This document shows, one piece after another, positions 32,900 through 44,400 of a DNA stretch of 64,000 nucleotides; positions within the stretch are counted from its first letter, which is position 1, and every line of letters starts with the position of its first letter. The notes under the pieces are model-generated. The model was not told the origin of the DNA. It saw nothing but the letters and a program-made list of their open reading frames with translations, and did no database searches. The position numbers were made by a program, and so were the translations under genes. The stretch comes from Hormiphora californensis (lineage: Eukaryota; Animalia; Ctenophora), in contig CM035357.1 in the NCBI GenBank assembly GCA_020137815.1, forward strand, positions 3,782,001-3,846,000, in the 5' to 3' direction.

Positions 32900-33520
32900 C
32901 CCGTAGCATGCTAGGTCGTGTTAAAGTTTCACCAGGCACGCCGTGCATGCGGTTTCTATAAATACCCACTCGTTGTGCAGTAGCTCAACAACTTAATTTT
33001 CATACCATCCCTGTAAGCTCTCTAAATTTTCACAAACTCGGGTAGCTCTCACTGCGTTCTTCACACTTCTTTTGCTTTTCTACAGTGTACACATGCTAAT
33101 GTTCATGAACCCTAACCCAGCACAACAATAACATTTCTGGTGTCAGACCAATGCTCTGACCTCGGTTCTCCATAAGAAATGGGAATAGGGTCAGGACAAT
33201 GGTCTGCAACATCATTTCTGTAAAAATAATTTCTTTAGAGACCAATTCACAATTCTCAGCCTTTCATCAATAATATCGATAAATGCTACTTCATAATTAT
33301 TACTGATTATACTGACCACTATAAATTAAACACTATAACTGATATCTAGCTCGCCATATGTGATTGTCTACAGCAGCAGTTGGATACTTTCTGGTATAAT
33401 AGATACACACCAGTGAGCTCCATCCCCCCATTACTACTCCAGACACTAGCTGGGCATATTCCATATATCGAGAGTTGCTATAGTGATAATATTTATCGAG
33501 AGTTGCTATAGTGACTGATC

Positions 33521-36500
33521 ATGGCTGACCTGGAATCATTGAAGGAGACCCTCCACACAAGCAGTCAGGATGAAAAACAAGTCTATGTAGATGATGTAAG
33601 TACGAGATTGAAATAAGTTTGAACTTAAACATTAAATAACTAACTTATAACTATAGTTATAAGTTAGTTATTTAATAATTTATGAATAATATAGTTTGAA
33701 TTGATAACCAACTTCACGTTTGTCGTTTGTTAGAACCACTTAATACTTATTATTGCTTATTAAGCAAATCCTATATACTCAACAGGCCCAAATGGATTCT
33801 AAAACTGAATTCATAGAGCAGGTATACTTCATGTGAATATAGCTGTTTTAGGCCGTACATCAGCTACACCTTTTACAATGAATATAATTGGCCAACTTTA
33901 TGTCAGGAACCGACCGAATGGTCCCTGATTGGCTGATAACCAGTCACGTGACCTAAATAACGAGTTCTGATTGGTTGTTTACTTGGTCCAGTCGGTTCCT
34001 GCTTTATGTTGATCAGCTACAACTTTTAATCTTCTAAAAATCGGCCATGTTTTGAACCTTTTTAGATTGAAAACTCTTTTTCTGCTGTTGAACTTCACAC
34101 ATCTTCTTTTTTATGTCTTACACATATTCTTCCTTATTTACGGTCGAACCCCGATTTAACGGGATGCTCGGGGGACAGGTTTTGCCCGGTAAATCGGGGT
34201 GCCCGGTATATCTGGGTCAAATACTGTTAGTTTAAGATTATCCTCCCGGTAAATCGGGGTCCGACTGTACCATGTTTACCACGTGGTACTGGTACGCTTA
34301 CAAAGCTCACTATATCATCTTCAGGAGAAGGTAGCGTTTGCAGCGTGGATAAACAATAGACTGAGGGATGATAGATATCTGAATAAGAAGATATTTACCA
34401 AATATCTGCCGATAGATCCTGATACGGATCATCTTTTTGATGTCCTCAAGGATGGAATCATGTTCAGGTACAGAACACAATTTACAATGTTTACCATGTA
34501 TATCCCGGGGGTGCTTGCCAGCGCTGTGATTAGAGCTTCATAGCTCCCAGCCATATACTTCAGCATTATTCTCATGGAGCACAGTCAGAACATGTTGAAG
34601 TCTGGCCTTGAATTTAGTTTTGTTTCGAAGCTCTCATAATAATATAATATCGATTGTATCCCATATCACACAGCAAGCTAATGTAATATGTAGTACCAAC
34701 CGCTCTAACCAATCCCATCCCTCAGTAAGTTGATAAACGACTCCGCCCCTGGATCGGTGGATGAACGAGCCCTGAACTACCCCAGAACACGGCCGCTCAA
34801 CTACTTCATGATGCTGGAAAACCAAAACCTCGTTCTCAACTCTTGCCTTGCCATTGGTAATCACAATACTTTGCATTTGTATATGCGTCTCTTTTAGCTT
34901 CTGTACATGTTTGTCAAAATGTCAAAATCATTTTCCCTCATTCACTCTGATCGGACCTGTGGAAACTATATGTCATCCAGAAGTCGTCGTCTAAACTCGT
35001 CATCCAAATTCTTTGTCCAAAATTCGTCGTCAAAAACTCTTAAACTCGTCATTCAAACTCGGTTGTCCAAACCAGCTTGGTGTGTTTTCACCTGCCGTGT
35101 TTTCTAGGTTGCCCAACTCAGAATGTGAGAGCAGAAGAACTAGCTGATGGGGTAAAGCAGTCTCAGCTAATTATGCTGTGGCAGATAATCAGGACAGGAC
35201 TTGTATCTGAACTAAATCTCCGACATAACCCCGGGTTGAGGCATCTCCTACAGGAAAACGAGGGACCAGGTACAGCAGTGTTAACAATTATGAGATCAAC
35301 TGAATATCAATTATGAGATCAATGAGATCTTTTACGGATTCCGAATTAGGGAAATATTTTATCAAATAGCTATAGACTCTGTTTCGTTAGGGTTAGGACA
35401 TAATAAATATTTTATACTTAGAAGTCAGGACAAATATTTGTTTGAAGAATTGAAGGCGATAACCATTTTTGATTGTTGTATTTTTTCAGCAAAACTACTA
35501 GCACTCACAGCGGAAGACATTTTGATTCGGTGGGTGAACTTCCAGCTGAAGAGGGTTTGTGATAACAGGAGGATTCGTGGGTTCAATAAGGAGATCCAGG
35601 ATGGTACCGTGTACACGTACCTTCTGACTGCCGTAGCTCCCCAACAAACCGATCTTCTACCCCTTCAGGTTAGATATACAATGTGTACTAGTGTATTATA
35701 CAAAAGTTTTAGCCAGGCTCCATTTAGCTTAGGTTCGATTTAAGTGATTAGTTGTGTTTTAAGACATGTGCTCTTATCTGGATGCTTCGGTGGGTCTTTC
35801 TATCCACTGTTATAATACAGCTAGTGGTGTTCAATGCATATTGTCCAGCTTGATTCAGGAGGGAGAGCTCAAGGAGAGAGAAATCATGTTCATACATCGT
35901 ATACAAGCCCTTCAGAGATGGTGTATAGATATAGTGCCTAAATTTTCTATACAATATTCTCTGTGAGGCCTTCTGTGGGGCCTTCCTGGCCCTTCAGACG
36001 CCTCGGTAATTTTTATTCATGAGCACAGCTTATAGTACATAACATACCATACATGTAGTATAATGGGTCTCTCCCACTCTCTCCCACTGATCGTCCTCTC
36101 TCTCCCAGTGCATCTCAATGAATAATGATACAATATAATATACCTACAGTCTCTCAATAATGATACAATATAATATACCTGCAGTCTCTCAATAATGATC
36201 CAATATATTAACCTGCAGTCTCTCAATCTCGCCAGTCTAATGCATAACTACCAAAAATGAGACGGAAGCTTCAGTATAAACTAGTCGTGGAACGATTCGC
36301 ATACGGGGGTTCCAGGAATAATTCCTGGAACCCCCTCATACGAATTATGAAATGTCGAACGAGACAACGTTTTGGGGATGCAATAAAAGGAATGCTATAA
36401 ACTCTGTATACAGTGGAATAATATGCGATTCAACAAGAATAACTGCATTATGTTTCATAATGCTATGTTTCCCCGCCAACCTTTATTTCCATAACCATCT

Positions 36501-39500
36501 ATATACCCTGCTAACTTAAATAATGCGCCAGTGGCGAGAAGTCCCACTAGCGCGCTCTCAGTAAACAGCCAGTCCAGCGGCAGATTATTTCCCACTGGCA
36601 GGTTATTTATTTTTAACTCCTACGTAACATTCAAAGTGTGTGTAAATGATCAGTTCTTACTAAAATACAGAGGGAACACTATGTGCAACACTTACACACT
36701 ACATTGGAGAGAAAGAAAGGACACATTCCGTCAATTACTCTCTCTTTATCTCCCCTTTTGTCTCACTATCTCTTTCTCTGTGTTATGTGTGACATGCCCC
36801 TTATCAGGCTATTTCTTTCACTCTCTTTCCTTAGCAACTGCTTAGTAACTGTTACCAAACAGTGTACACTCAATTGTGAGGTGTTTTTAACTATTTCTCA
36901 GTTCTCTTTGTGTGTTTTGATTAGTGTTCTCTCTCTTGTTGGTGTGTAATACTTGAAATAAACAACTAAAGCAGGGTATATAACCCATAAACTCTGACCA
37001 CTGGCACGTTATAGGTTTAAACCCCTCCGCCTCTCCCTCGGCTCCGCCTCGGGATCGTCGTCGTGATTTAAACCAGTTTATCCGCCAGCGGCGGATAAAC
37101 TCCAGCTAACTTCTCCCAGCGGCGCGCTGGGAGAAAGTTATCTGAAATAACGCGCCAGTGGCCAGAGTTTATGCCTCATATAATGTGAAGGCGGGACAGA
37201 CGTTTCCTATCATTTATGAATCACTCAAACCGTATAGAACAAATATTTTTGTTTTAGTAGCACTAAATTGCGCGCCACATTGCACGGCTCACATTTCCTG
37301 AAAACGTGCCATTGAATTCTTAATTGAATATTAGTACTGAAAAATCGTTGTTTCTCTACCGTTGTCCCTCGCGACTGAGCGTGTTACAGCCAGTTTTGTG
37401 ACCGTGACACCTCACTAGTATGTAAAATTGTCGAATTCTAAACCCCTATGCCTTTTTGCAAAAAGCATCTGGGTGAATGCCTTCGGCATTCACCCAGGCG
37501 GGGAAAAAATTACCCCTGATCGGCGCGGTTGGTCAATTGTCAACTGAATAACCTGGATGGTTATATGTTAATAACGTCGGGGCATTGAGTTGATAAAATT
37601 GAATATTTAATTTCTCATTCAGGGCCCACGACACGGAATTTTTCCAGGGGGGGCCGGTGCGGAGCACCGGAATTTTTGAGAAGCGGCGCCGGAGGAGCAG
37701 CGGCAGGGGGTTTGGGGGCCGCAGGCCCCCAATGGGGTCCAGGGGTGAAGCCCCTGGTGGGGGTCTAGGGGGCGAAGCCCCCGGAAAAATTTTAGACTTT
37801 TAACCGATTTTTACTCATTTTAGGCATTTAGAAGCCCATCTCCACCTTCTTTCTAATTACGTAGAACCTGTATGTCTTGAAGGGAGCACCAGAAGAGCAG
37901 CGGCAGGGGGTTTGGAGGCCGCAGACTCCCAATGGGGCCCAGGGGTAAAAATTTAGACTTTTTAACCGATTTTCACTCACTTGAGGCACGTAGAACCTGT
38001 ATTATATATGCCTGGAAGGGGGCGCAGCCCCCGAAAAATTTAGAATTTCAACTGATTTTCATGCATTTTTTACATTCTCTACGAAATATTTCAATAAAAT
38101 TTCCATGTTTGGTAAATCCCAGGGGGGGCCCGGCCCCCCCTGGCCCCCCCCGGTGTCGTGGGCCCTGTCATTAAACTCCAAGTATATTGTCTCAAATGAT
38201 AATCCCTGTGACGGAATTCCCCTATTTATCGATAACTTGCAGCCGTTATTATACGGGTCTCAAATATTTTTGAGATTGAAACCGGCGTAAACAAAAGCAG
38301 TCGTACTGTTGTGCCGGTGGTGACACCTAAAGTGCCCTTCACTAATCTATTTCCCCAGTCAGCAATCCATTATCCCAAGCACAACTGCTATCCCTATATA
38401 TATATTTCCAGCAACACCCGTTTTGATACTCCCTATTTCCCACCAACCACTGTTATCCCTATAACATTTCTCCCACCACCAGCAACACGACCTGGAAGAG
38501 CGGATGGAGCTGATACTGGAATACGCAGAGAGGTTGGAAGTCCGGGATTTCATCTCAGCCAGGGATATAATGAAGGGAAACATCAAGTTGAACATGGCCT
38601 TCGTTGCGAACCTATTCAATAACTATCCGAGTCTGGATTGGGAGGTACTTGGACATCTGATTGATACAATGATGCTACTTTTTAGTGCTACAAGCTTGCT
38701 ACATGCAGCAGCTCCTAGCTATAATAGAATAACTAGCATTTAATACTGTAACAGTTAATTGTTTTTCAGGACGATATCCATGCTATATAATTGCTGCTAA
38801 GCTACCTTTTCTTGCTAATTGATGCAATCACTCATATCCGGTGTGTTTTGGAAAAATATGTTTCAATTTGGAGCATTTTGCTAGGAGACAAATCTTCCAA
38901 AAGCTATATTGTACAGCTAAAATTCAAATTAATTTAACGTAGTTAAACTATTTAACAATTCCTGCAGGAACAAGAAGATCAGTACGACGATTTTACCACG
39001 GATGCGGACGTTATAGAATTGGAAGTTGAGGAGACGCGAGAAGAAAAAAGTAAGTTCTGAGAAAATTAAACAGTTGTTTTCTTCCTGGAAAAGAAATATA
39101 TCTTTCAATTTTTTATAGGCTCTTTTCCTGTTTTCTGGCTCTTTTCCTGTTTCATATTTGTTCGAATAAACTAAATCTAGTCCAATTTAATTTCCATGCA
39201 GGCTTCAGGCATTGGTTAAACAGTTTGAATCTCGGACCCGTAGTATCGTACCTCTTTGAGGACTTAAAAAACGGATATATCATTTTGCAGGTTAATATTA
39301 TATAGGTTACTCGAGTAACCTCACAGTCAACTATTATACCACATTTTGACACTAAATTTAATCCAATGCATCGATTTTCAGGTGTTCCAGCTGCTTCTAG
39401 GTGAAGATGAAATAGATCAAGATCGTGTAAACAGTCCTCCCTTTAAGACAGCCCATCTAATGAAGAGTGTCGAGAACTGTAATTACTGTGTAGAGTTGGG

Positions 39501-41346
39501 TCAGAAACTGGGATTTAAACTTATTGGATTTGGAGGTGAGTAGAATTGTTTTGTTATGATGAAATAGGGTCGAGCAAGGCAACAATTGAGGAGCACAATT
39601 TTATGGTATTTTAGCTGCATACAGCAGTTTTTGGATTTGAAATTCCTCTTCACTTGACCAGATAATTCATACCGAGTATTCTTTTTCTTCTTTGAGCCTT
39701 GGTACTTCGTGGGTCGGTAATCGGTATACCTACATACAATATGTTCTTCTTCGAATCGAAAAAGAACATACCAACCACTGGAGATCAGTACCACGATAAC
39801 TCGACCGGAAATAGTGGTTCAAGTAGCCATCCGAAAATAATTTTATATCGCTCAACTTCAAAAATGTCAAACTATCCATAAATTTCCCACCGTTTCCCAT
39901 GGTTAAAAATGTTTCGTTCTTCCGTGAAATGTAGTTAACCTGTCAAGTTAACCAGCTTCAATCCCAGGAAAATATTAAACCATCCAAAATTTCATAACCT
40001 TTCCGGCTATGGCGTATTGGCGTATGATATGGTAGTATGGTAGTTAAGGTCGTGCGCACTTTTTGGCGCCATTTGGCGCCATTTTGGCGCCACGTGGCGC
40101 CACGTGGCGATATTTTAGCGCCAAATGGCGCCAAAATTTGGCGACTGCGCACAACCGCCAATTTGGCGCCAAAATGGCGCCAAGTTGGCGATTTTTTGGC
40201 GCCAAATAGCGCCACGTGGCGCCAAGTGGCGCCACGTGGCGATGGTAAATCGCCAAGTGTTGGCGGTATTTGGCGGTACCGCCACGTGGCGATGCGAATT
40301 TGTCTGAATAAACTGTGTCCATCGCCAAGTGGCGCCAAATTGGCGCCAAATTGGCGCCATGTACTTTTCACTCTTGGCGCCAAATTGGCGCCAAATTGGC
40401 GCCACTTGGCGAGTGGGAACGTTCAGAAGCGGAAATTAACGGTAAAAGGGTCATGACCCTAAGTGACCAAATTTTGGCGCCAATTTTCGATTTTTTGGCG
40501 CCAAAAACCATTATTGGCGCCAAATATTATCGCCAATAAAAAATACCGGCGCCAAAACGCGATTTGGCGCCGGTTTTTTTGGCGCCAAAGCTCTTTTTGG
40601 CGCCGGCTTTTGGCGGTTCACTTGGGTGAACCCTAAAAAATTGGCGCCAATTCTGAAATTGGCGCCACCCATCCTTGACCCTAAGTTTTTGGCGCCAATT
40701 ATTCATCATGTGACCCTTTTGTAATAAAATCGGTGCCAGAAACTCGTTGGCGCCAATATATAGCGCCAATTTTTGGCGCCAATTATTCATCCTGTGGCCC
40801 TTTCGTAACAAAATATTGGCCCAAAATGATGGAAATTGGCGCCAATTTATGGCGCCAATTTATGGCGCCACATGAAGTTTGTAATTTGCCGTCCGTAGAA
40901 ATGCTTGGAGTGGTGATGATGATGGAGTAACCTATAAGCGTGCAACACTAGCGTGCAACAATTACCACTTTTGCCCGTGCGAATCAAGTGGTTGTTATGG
41001 CGGGTAGGCAAGGTCAACGGCGTGAATACTGCACGTGCATGTTGTTGGATGCGTGTTATGTGTTCGGGTGTTCCTGCCATCTACAACTGGGGTTCCCATG
41101 ATTGCCAAAGCTTTCCTACCTATAGGTACGTACGCATGTACGTATACGTACCCCCGATACAGCTCCAGTTCTACGAATCTTTATCACCTGATTCAATATA
41201 TTTGAAGGGAACCTCTTCCTCAATCCTTATCACCATCCCTACCACTCTACCAACCTTTATATTCTTCAGCCCGACATGATGAAGAGATGGAGTGAGAGAG
41301 AGAGAAAAGAGAGAGAGAGCTGAGAGAAAGGGGAGAGAGAGACAGA

Positions 41347-41385
<39 letters not shown>

Positions 41386-41398
41386 GGACAGAGAGAGG

Positions 41399-41486
<88 letters not shown>

Positions 41487-44400
41487 AAGAGAGACAGAGA
41501 GGCAGAGAGAGGGACAGAGAGAAAGATAGAGATTAAGATCAACGGAGGTACAGCCAACGGGGTTCGACTAACGTCTAACATGCAGGGTCCAACCAACAGG
41601 CTTTCTTGTCCCTAAGATCGGTTACTTGACACTCCGTATCTTAATTTTCAATAATGTACCTAAATTACAGCCAGTACCTAATGTTAAATGGCATTCCTCC
41701 ACGTTTGAAGGGCCCAGTTATAACTGGAAAGATGGTGTGACGAGTTTCGGGGTCAGACATTGTGACAGCTCTGACAGATCCTGACAGTGCGCTCAGATGG
41801 GGTCACGGCGCTAGACAGAAACTGAATGTTTTGTTTTTTTGGCGCCAATAATTGGCGCTAATAAATTGGCGCCAAAAAGTGGCGCTAACAACTAGCGCTC
41901 AAGGGTTAGTTAGCCGAAATTTTAAAGTTGGCGCTAATAATTGGCGCCAATTTTCCATCCTATGACCCTAAATATTCAACAAATTGGCGCCAACAGTTGG
42001 CGCCAACTTTCGCCAGAGTTGGCGCCAAAACTTAGGGTCAAGGATGGGTGGCGCCAATTTCAGAATTGGCGCCAATTTTTTAGGGTTCACCCAAGTGAAC
42101 CGCCAAAAGCCGGCGCCAAAAAGAGCTTTGGCGCCAAAAAAACCGGCGCCAAATCGCGTTTTGGCGCCGGTATTTTTTATTGGCGATAATATTTGGCGCC
42201 AATAATGGTTTTTGGCGCCAAAAAATCGAAAATTGGCGCCAAAAATTGGTCACTTAGGGTCATGACCCTTTTACCAAATTAACCACCTCTTTGGCGCAAT
42301 CTTGGCGCCAAATTGGCGCTGCTTGGCGATAGGCGCCAATTTGGCGCCAAGTGGCGCTGCTTAGCGCCAATTTAGCGCCAAATTGGCGATTGGATACAAA
42401 TCGCCAATTTGGCGCCAATTTGGCGACTAGCGCCAATTTAGCGCCAATTTGGCGCCAAATGGCGCTACTTGGCGCCAATTTAGCGCCAAATTGGCGATTG
42501 GATACAAATCGCCAACTTAGCGCTAAATTGGCGATTTGTATCCAATCGCCAATTTGGCGCTAATTTGGCGCCAAGCAGCGCCATTTGGCGCCAAATTGGC
42601 GCTAATTTGGCGCCAATCGCCATTTTGGCGCTTAGTTGGCGATTTTTATCCAATCGCCAATTTGGCGCTAAATTGGCGCTTAGTTGGCGATTTTTATCCA
42701 ATCGCCAATTTGGCGCTAAATTGGCGCCAAGCAGCGCCATTTGGCGCCAAATTGGCGCTAATTTGGCGCCAATCGCCATTTTGGCGCTTAGTTGGCGATT
42801 TTTATCCAATCGCCAATTTGGCGCTAAATTGGCGCCAAGCAGCGCCATTTGGCGCCAAATTGGCGCTAATTTGGCGTCAATCGCCATTTTGGCGCCAAAT
42901 TGGCGCTAAGTTGGCGGCAATCGCCAAGCAGCGCTAAGTTGGCGATTTGTGTCCAATCGCCAATTTGGCGCCAAATTGGCGCTTAGTTGGCGGCAATCGC
43001 CAAGCAGCGCCAATTTGGCGCTAAGTTGGCGATTTGTATCTAATCGCCAATTTAGCGCCAAATTGGCGCCACATGGCGCCATTTGGCGCCACTTGGCGAT
43101 AGGAATTCCTCTGATGAACGTTATGAATATTTGGAATTTTAGGTACTATCGCCAATTTGGCGCCAATTTGGCGCCACTTGGCGATGGACACAGTTTATTC
43201 AGACAAATTCGCATCGCCACGTGGCGGTACCGCCAAATACCGCCAACACTTGGCGATTTACCATCGCCACGTGGCGCCACTTGGCGCCACGTGGCGCCAT
43301 TTGGCGCCAAAAATCGCCAACTTGGCGCCATTTTGGCGCCAAATTGGCGGTTGTGCGCAGTCGCCAAATTTTGGCGCCATTTGGCGCTAAAATATCGCCA
43401 CGTGGCGCCAAATGGCGCCAAAAAGTGCGCACGACCTTAACTACCATACTACCTATGATATGGTCGAAATTTTTTCGTTCTTCCTGGAAAAACGGTTTCC
43501 ACTTCCCATACTGCTAAAACCAAGCGATACCCCTCGTAATATCCCTCTTTGATATCCCCTGGGAAGTTTATACTTGACTGTAATAATTTTACTAAAACTT
43601 CTCTCACTGTATTTCACCCCTTCACCAGGTAACGATATCTGCTCGGGCAATAAGCTGGTGTTATCCCTGTTGTGGCAAATGATGCGATGTTACACATTGA
43701 GTTTGATGAAATCAAGGACTGGGAAACCGCTGGGGGAGGAGGAAATAGTTGACTGGTGCAACAAGTTAGTAAATCACACAATAATAACAAGTTAGTAAAT
43801 CACACAATAATTGAAACATTTTATTTATTGACTAACTTGAACATATACACAACGAATGTACCCATAATCGGGCTTAGTTTGCTGGTAGGTATACTTTACC
43901 TTTCTCTGTCATACCGTACGTCTGATCGCTGAACAGTTATTTGCTACTTTATAATGTTACTTTAGATGACTACCATATTAGGCGTGGCACGGATCACCTC
44001 ATGAAGTGCCAGCACACGACTGGTCGCGGCCTACCCTCACCACAATTGTACCATGATCAAATTCCAATCAGGTTCAATTGCCAAGTACTGAAAACACGTT
44101 TCGCTTCCAAATTAAGACCATAGATTACCTAACACCGTTAATTTAAAGCTGAGAATTGATATTTAAAACTTGCACCTGTTCTCTAATCCCTGTTCTCTCT
44201 TGTGTAATAACAGCTCGTTAGCAGCTAAATAACTCCAATGCTGCACTACTAATCATTAGTCTCAATCCCACCCTGGCCCCGTATTGGCGAATTAAATCTC
44301 GCCAGGTCAATATGAGGCCACATCGAGAGCAGTGAACCTATCAGCTGGGAGGGAGAGAGCACCCTTAAAAACACGCCTCCCCCGGGGACACAAACATTAC

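Larger units (their letters stand above)
29521..32943. mobile_element. Outer foldback TIR element with both arms interrupted by younger insertions
   Basis: Left CGGCGTGCCTGGTGAAACTTTAACACGACCTA[ins]GCATGCTACGGGAAACC, right ...TTTCCCGTAGCA[ins]TGCTAGGTCGTGTTAAAGTTTCACCAGGCACGCCG. Confidence 0.8.

Noticed and set aside
36515-37175. Possible Crypton-like element (direct repeats AAATAAYGCGCCAGTGGC)
   Set aside because: Boundaries and family cannot be supported from a single copy.
39958-43517. Many overlapping WRQ/LAP/GAK ORFs
   Set aside because: Products of the TTGGCGCCAA repeat on both strands inside a TIR element.
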